From the NCBI GenBank assembly GCA_963770835.1, contig CAVYRH010000002.1, positions 64,001-128,000 of the forward strand: a DNA stretch of 64,000 nucleotides, written 5' to 3'. Shown piece by piece: positions 1-9,439 of this stretch. The stretch's first letter is position 1. Each line of letters starts with the position of its first letter. The notes beneath the pieces are model-generated. The model was not told the DNA's origin and did not search any database. It was given only the letters and a program-made list of their open reading frames with translations. The stretch is from an uncultured Pseudomonadota bacterium (GTDB taxonomy: Bacteria; Oederibacteriota; Muellerivitia; Muellerivitales; Muellerivitaceae). The translations under genes were made by a program, and so were the position numbers.

Positions 1-11
1 AGTAACATTCT

Positions 12-2081
12 TTAGGCATTCGTCGAATTAAAGTCAGGCTTCCAATTCCTTTTTTCTTGAAGCCCAGGCAATTGATCAAGCTTTCTCGGTTTCTTCAATT
101 GCGTTTTTCGAATCTTGTAGACGATGCTATTTTCACCTCTCTCCACGGGCTCCATAAAACATTCCCAAAATCGAACATATTCCTGAACCGGCATCCCTTC
201 GAGGGTGAAATCCCTTTCCATCCGGGACATAGCCGTGGCTTCCCACTGCTGATACAGAAAATATTCAACTCCCTCTTCGTGAAGTTTTTGAGCCAGTTGT
301 TCAGCCGTCTGGCAGCGAGAAGCCCATTGCAAGAAGATAGGCCTTTTCCATTTGAAATCAACATAGGCCGTTCTTTGGAGTGGATAGGTCTGGAACACGG
401 CAAAAGCCATTACCTTATCCCTAGGGTCTGAATGATTTTCGATGAAACGATAAGCTGTATAAGTATCCGTATCATAGGTGTAGTGCCTCTTAAGCCTCAA
501 GAGGGGGTCTTCTAAACCTAGGGCCGAAGCATATGGTGCAGTGGTGGTGAGTTGGGCCGAAAGACAAAGCCAAAAACTCAAGGCCGTTCCCGTCACGAAC
601 AGGAACTTTGATCCTGACTTTTTGTCTCGAAAGGCCGCCTCCCATGCCATCGCCGCCAATAAAATTAACCCCATCGTTCCACCGGAAGCATGCCGAAGGT
701 TGGTACACAAAAATATCCAGCCTCCCAAAAACATCGCGCTGAATAAGGCAAGAAAAGCGCCTAAACGGTCTTTAAGAACTTTCCAGGCCCAGGGCAAACT
801 CATAAAAAAAAGCGGAGTCCAGGAGGCCGCAATCCCATTTTCACTCGTAAAAAAAGCTTTCCAAAATAAACTGAGGCGGCCCAATACTCCTAGCCCCTGT
901 GCCAAGCCTGTATCTTGCCAGAGGTCCCTCTCCATTCCGGGCCCATAACCAAAAGGCGTTCCAAATAGAGAGGTAGCCAAAGGATAGAGGGGATTTCCAT
1001 AAGCCAACCAGCCTTTAAGAAGCCATGGGAAAAGAGGCACTATAAAAATTATTGAAAAGAGCCAATTAATTTTTAAATTTCTTTTCAGCCTAAACTTTCC
1101 ATAAAGCCAAAGAATGGCAATTGGAGCTAAAGCTAATAGGGCCGTGTATTTAATGGCGAAGGCAAATCCCAGGGAAAAAGCTGTCAAAAAGGGCCAAATC
1201 ATTTTTTCGGGTTGGACTAGGACTTTCCACAAGCAATAAACGGCCAACAACTCATAAAGGGCCAAAAACCCTTCAACATAACCCCAGGAAAACAGTGCAA
1301 GAAAAATGGGAGTGGTTAAAAAAATCCAGCTAAGCTTAACGGCGCTTCCTTTCCACTCCCTTGAGAAAAGGCACAACAACCAAATGATACAAACCGCCGC
1401 CAATGAGCTAGAAAGCTTCGAAAATGTCTCTCCTCCCATGCTCCAAAACCCGGCCAGAACTAATTCGGCGCCCTTGGGCATGTCCCCCGTGTGATTGATC
1501 CAATGAAATGGAATCTGATGCAGTCTTGAAACTTCCCGGGCGTATCGAAAATGGTCTAAAATCGCGTCCCAAATGATGGGAGCGGACAGATATTCCGAGA
1601 ACCACAAAAAGAACGGCAATGCGAAGAGCCATAATCGCTTATCTTTCCAAATTTTTTCCCAAGAAAAAGAAAGGCCCTTCCATTCCAACCACCCTCTCCA
1701 CAAGGCAGGGACAAAGAAAAGGAATACAAGTGGTCCGTATAGAATCTCATTAATCGAAAGACCAAAAACATAAATCGAAAAAAGTGAAATGCTCAGGGAA
1801 AAAGCAAGCGGTTTGGCGATCCTGTTTTCAACCTTGGGAAATAAAGAATTTTGGAGAAAACCCGTCCAACCGACGAATCCAAAACTAATCGGAATTAATA
1901 GAAAAAGGGCCGAAACCTTCTCGCTTCCTTGTTCCCATAAAAGTGAAAAATCCCACTGGGTGTCCTGCAAAAGTCTTAAGGAGGGAAAAAGCGCGTGAGC
2001 GCCGGTTCCGTAAAAACCGATACCGAAGACGAAGAGGGCAAGGATCAGGAAGGAAGCCAGGGTTTTGATCAACCATTCCAC
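12..2081 (-). CDS. Multi-pass membrane protein, ArnT/PMT (GT-C, GT39)-like glycosyltransferase
   Basis: 689-aa ORF with many hydrophobic helices; WDAILDH loop motif, ..IKYTA.. and W..YGNPLYP motifs typical of this group; soluble C-terminal domain. Confidence 0.6.
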   Translation of the reverse strand: MEWLIKTLASFLILALFVFGIGFYGTGAHALFPSLRLLQDTQWDFSLLWEQGSEKVSALFLLIPISFGFVGWTGFLQNSLFPKVENRIAKPLAFSLSISLFSIYVFGLSINEILYGPLVFLFFVPALWRGWLEWKGLSFSWEKIWKDKRLWLFALPFFLWFSEYLSAPIIWDAILDHFRYAREVSRLHQIPFHWINHTGDMPKGAELVLAGFWSMGGETFSKLSSSLAAVCIIWLLCLFSREWKGSAVKLSWIFLTTPIFLALFSWGYVEGFLALYELLAVYCLWKVLVQPEKMIWPFLTAFSLGFAFAIKYTALLALAPIAILWLYGKFRLKRNLKINWLFSIIFIVPLFPWLLKGWLAYGNPLYPLATSLFGTPFGYGPGMERDLWQDTGLAQGLGVLGRLSLFWKAFFTSENGIAASWTPLFFMSLPWAWKVLKDRLGAFLALFSAMFLGGWIFLCTNLRHASGGTMGLILLAAMAWEAAFRDKKSGSKFLFVTGTALSFWLCLSAQLTTTAPYASALGLEDPLLRLKRHYTYDTDTYTAYRFIENHSDPRDKVMAFAVFQTYPLQRTAYVDFKWKRPIFLQWASRCQTAEQLAQKLHEEGVEYFLYQQWEATAMSRMERDFTLEGMPVQEYVRFWECFMEPVERGENSIVYKIRKTQLKKPRKLDQLPGLQEKRNWKPDFNSTNA

Positions 2082-2137
2082 CTTGTGGTGAGTCTGCCAA
2101 CCCGGACTCTAAGGCTTTTTGGCCACTGCCGAAAGGG

Positions 2138-2165
2138 TTGATTATCAGGAGTCGCCCGTTATAAT
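2138..2165 (+). promoter_or_regulatory. sigma70-type promoter for tRNA-Leu
   Basis: TTGATT-N16-TATAAT about 40 nt upstream of the tRNA. Confidence 0.65.
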
Positions 2166-2207
2166 ACGCTTCCTCGCTTTTGTAAAAAACTAGCTTTTTC
2201 AAGCGAA

Positions 2208-2291
2208 GCCCGGGTGGTGAAATGGCAGACACGTACGCTTGAGGTGCGTATGGGGAAACCCGTGCGGGTTCGAGTCCCGCCTCGGGCACCA
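2208..2291 (+). tRNA. tRNA-Leu (anticodon GAG)
   Basis: GCCCGGG/CTCGGGC acceptor stem, D-loop GG, anticodon arm TACGC-TTGAGGT-GCGTA, long variable arm, GGTTCGAGTCC T-arm, encoded CCA. Confidence 0.97.
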
Positions 2292-2384
2292 TTTTCGACA
2301 TATCTAAATCGAAGCTGAAGACTTCGCATACGGAAAAAGTGTAATGCTTGGCCGAAGGCCAGCGCACACCATTTTTCTCAAATA

Positions 2385-2419
2385 AAAAGCCCTGGAACAG
2401 ATTAAGCTCCAAGGCTTTT
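2385..2419. terminator. Probable bidirectional intrinsic terminator
   Basis: AAAAGCC-CTGGA...TCCA-AGGCTTTT hairpin between the convergent tRNA and the 2444-3499 gene. Confidence 0.55.
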
Positions 2420-2443
2420 ACATTTCAAAAACTTTAAACCATC

Positions 2444-3499
2444 CTATTTCATCTTTTCCTTCAACGCCAAAGCATCCGGGTTGTCCGCTTGAAAAGACAG
2501 TGCAATCTTCAAGTAATAACCAGAGTCTTTCTTGCTCCCCATATCCAAAAGGGTGGTGGCCACTGCCGCGTAGTAGCTTGATCTCATATCATTGATAGTC
2601 TTGGCATCCACCTTTTGTTTTTGCAGTTCCGCGAATAGGGTCTTTGCCTTTTGCCCCAAAACCGCAATTTGTCCTTTTTTAATCAAGCTCGGAACCAAAT
2701 CGGTATCCAACTTTGCGGAAGCCGCTTGTGGATCCAATGGTTCGTCCCACCAACCGTTTTTCGAAGGATGGCTCGGTTTTGCGGCATTGGGGTTGGATAC
2801 CGATGCCACTGTTGTCGGGTTCGACTCAACTTTAGGTTGCGCGATGGAATCGCCCGACCATCCTGCTAAACCACCGGCTGCCGGTTTGGTTTCGGTGAAC
2901 GAGTCCCTGGTCCCATCCCACGCCAATACGTGTTCGGCCTCGCTCTCGTCCTTTGGAAAAGCCTTGGAAGAACACCAAATATCAACGCCTTCAAACCGGG
3001 CGAACACCTGGGGTGCCGTTGCATCCAAAACTTGTTTCATTTTTCCGTCTTGATAAACGAAACCTTTCAGGATCTGGCTACCCTTCAGGTCATCCCGTTG
3101 GAACACAAGGACAGGAGCGTTCTTTTCCGGGATTTTAAAAAGCCTTATCCACTGGACTGTTCCGCCTTCATCCTGAAAACTTTTTTCATACTTCTTTTGT
3201 TCCGGATTGTAGAAACAAACGTTAAAGGTTTGGTTATGGGGTTTGTCCAGCTCGCTCACCGGCGCTGATTGTCGGTAAATGAGCAAAAGATCCTTTTGGC
3301 CGATTCCCCGCATGTCCTCGAAGTCAAATAGGCCCTTGCTATCGATTTTGCCATCCTCATCCATCCAAGGAAGGTTTTCCAAAAGATGATCCGGCGGGAG
3401 GATAGAATCCATCCATTGATTCTGGGCCATGGCCGCCCCGGTTACGGCACAGTAAAATCCCACCGATAAAAGAATTGTTTTAGCATCAGTAAGTTTCAT
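2444..3499 (-). CDS. Hypothetical exported protein
   Basis: 351-aa ORF, signal peptide ending AMA-Q, possible TPR-like C-terminal helices. Confidence 0.7.
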   Translation of the reverse strand: MKLTDAKTILLSVGFYCAVTGAAMAQNQWMDSILPPDHLLENLPWMDEDGKIDSKGLFDFEDMRGIGQKDLLLIYRQSAPVSELDKPHNQTFNVCFYNPEQKKYEKSFQDEGGTVQWIRLFKIPEKNAPVLVFQRDDLKGSQILKGFVYQDGKMKQVLDATAPQVFARFEGVDIWCSSKAFPKDESEAEHVLAWDGTRDSFTETKPAAGGLAGWSGDSIAQPKVESNPTTVASVSNPNAAKPSHPSKNGWWDEPLDPQAASAKLDTDLVPSLIKKGQIAVLGQKAKTLFAELQKQKVDAKTINDMRSSYYAAVATTLLDMGSKKDSGYYLKIALSFQADNPDALALKEKMK

Positions 3500-3580
3500 T
3501 TCTTGTCTCCCAAATACTTAAGTTCAGCATACCAGCTCACAGACAGGTTGATCAGGCTTTGCGACCAATGCCGCCGATTG

Positions 3581-4585
3581 TCAAGGTTTCAACCAATCCG
3601 CCGAATGGTAAAACTCGACTGCTTTTTTTATTCCACGTCGGATGTCAAATTTGGGCTTGAACCCCAGTTCTCGCTGGATTTTCCGGTTACTGCAAACCCA
3701 ACCAGTCGCCTGGCCTTCTTTGATCTTGTCGCTGCTTACAATGGGCGGAAGGAAGGATTTCCCAGTGCACCGAGCGAACAGGTCTCCCAAAGAAGCCACC
3801 ATTCTAACGATTCCAAGGGGAACATTGAATGTTTTATATGGTTTTTTGAGTTCCCAGCCGATATGAGCGGACAGTTCGTTCCAATCCAGGCTTTTCCCGT
3901 CAGAAACAAAGTATATTTGGCCCTTTGCCTTGGAAGAATGAGCGGCCAGTAAGATGGCTTCTACTAAATCTTCCACATAAATGAAACTGACCTTTTGGGT
4001 TCCATCTCCATTGTTGACTACCAGCCCTTGGCGGACCATTTTAAAGTATTCGAAGATATCCGTTTCCCGCGGACCATAAACCGCTCCCGGCCTCAAAATC
4101 GTCACCTCGAACTTTCTTCTATAAGAAAGAACTATTTCCTCTCCCATCCTCTTGGTTTGTCCATAAAAGCTGACCGGGTGGCAAACCATTTTTTCATCAA
4201 TCTCGCCGCCCTTGGTTGAGGGTCCTGCAGCGGAAAGCGAACTGACGTAAACCAGTCGCTTGATTCCCTTTTCCGTTTCGGCGGCCCGACAGACATTTTT
4301 TGTCCCTTCGGCGTTCACTTTTTCATAGGCTGAAAAATCTGCCCCCCTAAGAAGCCCGGCCAAGTGGTAGACAATCTTGACTCCCCGCACGGCTTTCCGA
4401 AGGGATTCCAAATCCGTCACATCGCCATAGCACAATTCCATGGAAGAGGCCGGTTCGAAAGGTAAACGACTTGTCGATCTGACCAGGAGTTTGACCTTGG
4501 CCTTTTGGCGGACGAGAGCTTCGGCCAAGTGGCTTCCTACAAAACCACTGGCTCCAGTGATTAAAACAGGTGTTAATAACTTCAC
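3581..4585 (-). CDS. NAD-dependent epimerase/dehydratase (extended SDR); candidate ceramide reductase
   Basis: TGASGFVG Rossmann motif, HLAG, VSS, YGQTK (YxxxK), RPGAVYGP; GTG start at 4585 with GGAAGG RBS. Confidence 0.85.
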   Translation of the reverse strand: MKLLTPVLITGASGFVGSHLAEALVRQKAKVKLLVRSTSRLPFEPASSMELCYGDVTDLESLRKAVRGVKIVYHLAGLLRGADFSAYEKVNAEGTKNVCRAAETEKGIKRLVYVSSLSAAGPSTKGGEIDEKMVCHPVSFYGQTKRMGEEIVLSYRRKFEVTILRPGAVYGPRETDIFEYFKMVRQGLVVNNGDGTQKVSFIYVEDLVEAILLAAHSSKAKGQIYFVSDGKSLDWNELSAHIGWELKKPYKTFNVPLGIVRMVASLGDLFARCTGKSFLPPIVSSDKIKEGQATGWVCSNRKIQRELGFKPKFDIRRGIKKAVEFYHSADWLKP

Positions 4586-4689
4586 GTTAACCTTCCAAAA
4601 TGGACGGGACAGCAGCTCCCGCTTCGTTAATTCTGTGTATTTGCTAAAGGAGAATAAGCCTCTCCGTGTTTCACGAAATGGCAAAATGT

Positions 4690-4719
4690 TTGAATCGCAA
4701 GGGGGCCTATGCTTATAAT
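4690..4719 (+). promoter_or_regulatory. Possible sigma70 promoter for spt
   Basis: TTGAAT-N18-TATAAT in the divergent intergenic region. Confidence 0.4.
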
Positions 4720-4919
4720 GCCCACCGCTTTACCTCCAAACCTAATGGACAAGTTTTCCAAAGTCTTGAAGGCCGGATGTCTTTTACCACAAAAACGTCA
4801 AACCGTCAGCCTTTGGACAAGGGCTTTAAACCGCAAGAAGAAGTTGCCCATTGTGCGGAAAACTGCCTTTGCGACATTGTTTCTGGGTTGTTAAACAAAC
4901 CTGAATAACTAGAGGAATC

Positions 4920-6116
4920 ATGGACATTTTCGATAAAGCCAATAGTTGGACCGCTGCGGATGACGTCCGGAAAGCGGGTGTTTATCCGTACTTCCGCCCC
5001 AACACCGCACAATTAGGGACGGAGGTCACTATTGGCGGCAAGAAAATGATCATGGTAGGTTCCAACAATTACCTGGGATTGGTCACCCACCCTGAAGTGC
5101 TGGAGGCCATGATCCAGGCCATCCGCAAGTATGGCTCGGCCTGCACCGGTTCCCCCTTTCTGAATGGCACATTGGATATCCGGATAGAGTTGGAAGAAAA
5201 GCTTGCTGATTTTGTCCATATGGAGTCGGCTCTGGTTTATTCCACCGGATTCCTGGCCAACCTGGGCGCTCTCTCGACCATCGCCACCCGTGGAGATTAC
5301 ATCATATCCGACCGGGATAACCACGCTTCCATCGTGGACGGACAAAAGCTTTCCTATGCCAAGACTGTCAAATATGAGCACAACAACATGGAAGACCTCG
5401 AAAGGGTCCTCTCAAACCACAATGACAATCCCAAGTTGATCGTCACAGACGGGGTCTTTTCCATGGGCGGCGACCTCTGTAACCTACCCAAGATCGTGGA
5501 ATTAAAGAAAAAGTACAACGCCCGGCTCATGGTGGACGAAGCTCATTCTCTCGGAGTTTTGGGCCCCAATGGCGAGGGCACCGGTGCCCATTTTGGCGTT
5601 CAAAAAGATGTGGATATGATCATGGGCACTTTCTCCAAGTCCCTGGTTTCCATCGGAGGGTTCATTGCCTCCACCCATAAAGTCATCGACTACCTCCGGC
5701 ACAATAGCCGCCCCTTGATCTTCACGGCCAGCCTTTCTCCCGCCGATACGGCGGCGGCCCTGAAAAGCTTGGAAATCATCAAGCGGGAACCGGACCGCCG
5801 AGTACGCCTTTGGGCGATCATCAAACGGATGCGCTCGGAGTTCAAGGCCATGGGCTGGAACACCCTCAACACCAACTCCGCCATTATTCCTCTCATGGTG
5901 GGTGACAACATGAAAACCTTCGCAGTGACCAAAGAACTGGGGGAAATGGGCGTTTTTGCGACCCCCGTGGTTTCTCCCGCGGTTCCTCCCGAGCAGACCC
6001 TGATCCGCACCAGCTACACCGCAACCCATACAGATGCCCAACTCGACCATGTCTTGGAGAGTTTCCATAAAGTGGGGCGGAAATATGGCATCATCCCGGC
6101 GGGTGTAGCCGTCTAA
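4920..6116 (+). CDS. spt: Serine palmitoyltransferase-like alpha-oxoamine synthase (PLP)
   Basis: GVYPYFR N-terminus, GSNNYLGL, FLNGTLD, NHASI, DGVFSM, DEAH, GTFSKS PLP-lysine motif; resembles Bacteroides-type SPT more than BioF/Kbl; adjacent GNAT gene. Confidence 0.75.
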   Translation: MDIFDKANSWTAADDVRKAGVYPYFRPNTAQLGTEVTIGGKKMIMVGSNNYLGLVTHPEVLEAMIQAIRKYGSACTGSPFLNGTLDIRIELEEKLADFVHMESALVYSTGFLANLGALSTIATRGDYIISDRDNHASIVDGQKLSYAKTVKYEHNNMEDLERVLSNHNDNPKLIVTDGVFSMGGDLCNLPKIVELKKKYNARLMVDEAHSLGVLGPNGEGTGAHFGVQKDVDMIMGTFSKSLVSIGGFIASTHKVIDYLRHNSRPLIFTASLSPADTAAALKSLEIIKREPDRRVRLWAIIKRMRSEFKAMGWNTLNTNSAIIPLMVGDNMKTFAVTKELGEMGVFATPVVSPAVPPEQTLIRTSYTATHTDAQLDHVLESFHKVGRKYGIIPAGVAV

Positions 6117-6301
6117 AGGCGGCCGACCCTCGCACGAAAATCAATTTTTTTTACTCCCCGGCAACAAGCGATCCGCTAAAATCTTTCCGGTTTTCATTTC
6201 AACCAGATTTTGGAAGCCCAAAATGGATTTGCTTTTGCCATTCTCCATCCCCAGGCTTCGTTTCAAAAATTCAATTCATTTTCTCTTGAAGGAGAATCCC
6301 A

Positions 6302-7450
6302 ATGGCTGTTACCGTCAAGCCGATTGATCTGAACGACAATAAAGGTATCGAAACCTTCCTGCATCTTCCCTGGAAAGTATATGTCTCCCCTGAAGGCAAG
6401 CGTGATCCCAACTGGGTTCCCCCCTTCCTCGACGACCAACGCAGCCTTTTAAGCCTTCAAAAAAACCCTTACCATCAGCACAGCCGCACCAAGCTTTTCC
6501 TGGCCCTCAACGAGAAAAACGAGCCTGTGGGCCGTCTTTCCGTCAGCGTGGACGACAACTTTATCAAGTTCTGGAACGAAAAGATCGGTTTCTTCGGCTG
6601 GTTTGAATGCGTTAACGACGCCTCCGTTGCCCAAGCCCTTTTCCAAGAAGCGGAAAAGTTCATGAAAGAACAGGGTATGACAGCCGTCCGCGGACCCGCC
6701 AGCTTTACCTCCAACGACGACTATTTCGGCTTCCTTTTGGAAGGTTATGACTCCCCCGCCCGCATTGCCATGACCTACAACCCACCCTATTACCTCCAGT
6801 TGGCTGAAAAATGTGGCTATGCCAAGGCCAAGGACCTTTACGCCTGGTACCTCCCCGCTGCCGGGCCCTTACCGGAGCGCATGGTCAAGATCGCCGAACG
6901 CACTATGAAACGTGAAAGGATCACCGTCCGCCCCCTGGACATGAAGAACTTCGAGCGTGACACCAACATTATCCGCGAGCTTTACAACAAGATATGGGAA
7001 AAGAACTGGGGTTTCGTGCCTTTGACGGAAGCCGAGTTCCAATACCAGGCTAAGAAGCTCAAGGACATCATCTGGAACGACTTTATCCATATCGCCGAGG
7101 TGGACGGCAAAGCCGTCGGGTTCAACTTGGTGGTCAAGGATGTCAACCTAGCCCTCATTAAGATGGACGGCGAATTATTCAAATGGTCCGATCCCTTTGC
7201 CCTCGTCAAGTTCCTTTTCACGAAGTTCGACGACACAAGGGAAATGGCCATGGGTGTTCATCCCGACTATCGCAAAAAAGGCCTGGAAGTGATCCTCTAT
7301 TTGGAGGCCTTAAAGACCGGCATCAAACGCAAAATCAAGGGCGGCGAGTTATCCTGGACGTTGGAAGACAACGAAGGCATCAACAACGGCATCACGGCCA
7401 TGGGGGGCAAGGTTATTAAGAAATACCGCATCTACGAGAAAAAACTCTAA
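6302..7450 (+). CDS. GNAT-fold N-acyltransferase, bacterial ceramide synthase (bCerS)-like
   Basis: DPNWVPP, GFFGWFEC, VRGP, YNPPYY, WGFVP, GVHPDYRKKGL, ELSWTLEDN motifs of the approx. 380-aa GNAT family found beside spt. Confidence 0.7.
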   Translation: MAVTVKPIDLNDNKGIETFLHLPWKVYVSPEGKRDPNWVPPFLDDQRSLLSLQKNPYHQHSRTKLFLALNEKNEPVGRLSVSVDDNFIKFWNEKIGFFGWFECVNDASVAQALFQEAEKFMKEQGMTAVRGPASFTSNDDYFGFLLEGYDSPARIAMTYNPPYYLQLAEKCGYAKAKDLYAWYLPAAGPLPERMVKIAERTMKRERITVRPLDMKNFERDTNIIRELYNKIWEKNWGFVPLTEAEFQYQAKKLKDIIWNDFIHIAEVDGKAVGFNLVVKDVNLALIKMDGELFKWSDPFALVKFLFTKFDDTREMAMGVHPDYRKKGLEVILYLEALKTGIKRKIKGGELSWTLEDNEGINNGITAMGGKVIKKYRIYEKKL

Positions 7451-7518
7451 AGCGATTCGCTGAAATTTGTTCACGATTCTGGCCTGGATTCTTTAAGCCT
7501 TTGACTTTGTACCGGCTT

Positions 7519-8301
7519 TCAAATCCCAAAAATCATTCCCAATTCAAATGGCATCACAATGGTGGGGCTATCCGTCGAACCATATCCCGCAAAAGAGGAT
7601 GACGTAAAATCGTAGGTTAGCTTTCCTTGTAAAAAGGTGGTAATCCCTCCACCCACACGCATTTCAAGCCCGATTCCTCCTTCAGCCAAAAAATCGAATT
7701 CGTAGGCGTTAATGGGTATGTAGGCGTAGTCGATGTCGTAGTCAACAATGGCACCCTGGTTGCTCCGGTATTCGTTATAGGAAATTCCCGGCCCGATGAA
7801 AACATAAGGGCTGATATCCGAATTGAAGATTCGGTACCGGGCCCAAAAAGCCGCTTCGATTAGGGTGAAATCACTGTAATTGGTTAGCTGGTCGTTTTGG
7901 GAGTTGAAGAGGCCCAGGTTAAAATCCAGCCAAACCGAAAATTGGTCTGTGATCTTGAGGCCGCTTCCCAGGTCCGCGTAGAGGCTTCCGGAGTAAGCTG
8001 TTTGCAAGTTCTTGCTCTTGGGAATATCCACCCCAACACCCGCCGAGGACATCCAAGGCGATGGTTTTTTAGGCTTCATGGCCTCCGGAACCGGCCCTGC
8101 GGACATCGGCGCCCAGGTAGGGGCCATAATTGGGGTGGAGGTGGGCCAGGGTGTGAAAGTGGGCGTGGAAGTATCACTGGTCGCTGGCGCACCCGACAAA
8201 ATCACGGTAGGAGTCGGCGACGGATCGCAAAAACCTATCGATAGCGCCCATGCGTGTATCAGGATTCCTAAAACCAGCGCCCAAAATATCTTTATTTTCA
8301 T
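7519..8301 (-). CDS. Outer-membrane beta-barrel protein with Pro/Thr-rich N-terminal linker
   Basis: Signal peptide, PT-rich segment, alternating beta-strands (SPYVFIGPG, GGIGLE, FLQGKLTY), aromatic residue near the C-terminus. Confidence 0.6.
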   Translation of the reverse strand: MKIKIFWALVLGILIHAWALSIGFCDPSPTPTVILSGAPATSDTSTPTFTPWPTSTPIMAPTWAPMSAGPVPEAMKPKKPSPWMSSAGVGVDIPKSKNLQTAYSGSLYADLGSGLKITDQFSVWLDFNLGLFNSQNDQLTNYSDFTLIEAAFWARYRIFNSDISPYVFIGPGISYNEYRSNQGAIVDYDIDYAYIPINAYEFDFLAEGGIGLEMRVGGGITTFLQGKLTYDFTSSSFAGYGSTDSPTIVMPFELGMIFGI

Positions 8302-8401
8302 GTCCAGTAGTTTAACCCAGCTAGAAAACATTCACAACGAAGGCTGGATTTTTCATACCATCCGGTGAAAATAAGCCTATCCAACATCAAGGAACCAAAC
8401 C

Positions 8402-8803
8402 ATGTCCATCGAATCTTACGAAGTGCTTATCCGGGAATCACATTTGGACACTTTCGGCCACGTGAACAACGCGGCCTACCTGGCCCTTTTCGAGGAAGCC
8501 CGCTGGGACTACATCACGAAGAACGGCTATGGCCTGAAAAAGGTGCAAGAACTCCAGCAGGGGCCGGTCGTGCTAGAACTCAGCATGAAATTTAAAAAGG
8601 AAATTACCCTGCGGGAAAAGATCAAAATCACAATGGAACTATTGGATCACCGGGGAAAAATCAGTCATTTTCAGCAAGAAATGATCAAGGAAGACGGAAC
8701 GATCACCACTGAGCTGGAATTGACCTTCGGCCTTTTTGACCTTAAAACTCGACGCTTGATTGATCCCACCCCCGAATGGAAAAAGGCGATCGGACTGCCA
8801 TAG
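8402..8803 (+). CDS. Acyl-CoA thioesterase (4HBT/YbgC hotdog family)
   Basis: LDTFGHVNNAAYL..FEEAR motif. Confidence 0.9.
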   Translation: MSIESYEVLIRESHLDTFGHVNNAAYLALFEEARWDYITKNGYGLKKVQELQQGPVVLELSMKFKKEITLREKIKITMELLDHRGKISHFQQEMIKEDGTITTELELTFGLFDLKTRRLIDPTPEWKKAIGLP

Positions 8804-8804
8804 C

Positions 8805-9338
8805 CTATCGGGTTTTCTGGGTTCGAATCGCCTTCACGAACTCGCCCAAAACTTCCCTCAAAGTTTTTGAAATCTCAGGATGGGCCACAACTTCCTCCGT
8901 CGCCATGGTTTTTCCCAAAAGCGGAACCGACACGGAAGCTTCGGAAACAAAACGGGCCGACATGGTGAGGAGCGTTTCCTTCAGGGAATCCTGGGCATGG
9001 ATGGCCCTCGGCGAGGCACTGAAAAGGGCCACCGGTTTCCCCACCATTTCACTTCCGCTTACCAGCCAATCCAGAGCATTTTTCAACGTTCCGGGTACGC
9101 CGTGGGCATATTCAGGGCTGGAAATCAGGAACCCGTCCGAAGCCCGCAACCGCTCCTTCAACGCCGTCACCCCAGGCGCTTCAATTTCCAAATCAGGGTT
9201 AAAATGCGGCAAGAGCCCGATGTCCTCATAAATCCAGATTTCAACGCCCGCCGGAGCCAAAAGGACTGCGGCCTGAAGCAGGATTTTATTTGTAGAATTC
9301 TTCCGAAGGCTTCCTGGAACCGCTAGTATCTTGATCAT
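8805..9338 (-). CDS. NADPH-dependent FMN reductase
   Basis: GSLRKNS, PEYAHGVPGTLKNALDW motifs; start reassigned to the ATG at 9338. Confidence 0.9.
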   Translation of the reverse strand: MIKILAVPGSLRKNSTNKILLQAAVLLAPAGVEIWIYEDIGLLPHFNPDLEIEAPGVTALKERLRASDGFLISSPEYAHGVPGTLKNALDWLVSGSEMVGKPVALFSASPRAIHAQDSLKETLLTMSARFVSEASVSVPLLGKTMATEEVVAHPEISKTLREVLGEFVKAIRTQKTR

Positions 9339-9439
9339 CGGATTTCTTTCAGATTTGAAAGAATGAAAAACCATAAGGTCAGACAAACGCCATTTCAACT
9401 TGAGCCGAATCGGCTCATGAACCTCCGGAGGATAAAACA

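Noticed and set aside
1885..2412. 175-aa minus-strand ORF
   Set aside because: Antisense translation of tRNA-Leu (MVPEAGLEPAR is the typical artefact).
2208..3500. Genomic island integrated at tRNA-Leu
   Set aside because: No integrase and no long duplication of the tRNA 3' end seen in the window.
6160..6240. Structured RNA between spt and the GNAT gene
   Set aside because: Only an imperfect hairpin (GGCAACAAGCGATCC / GGATTTGCTTTTGCC) with no recognisable family motif; insufficient support.
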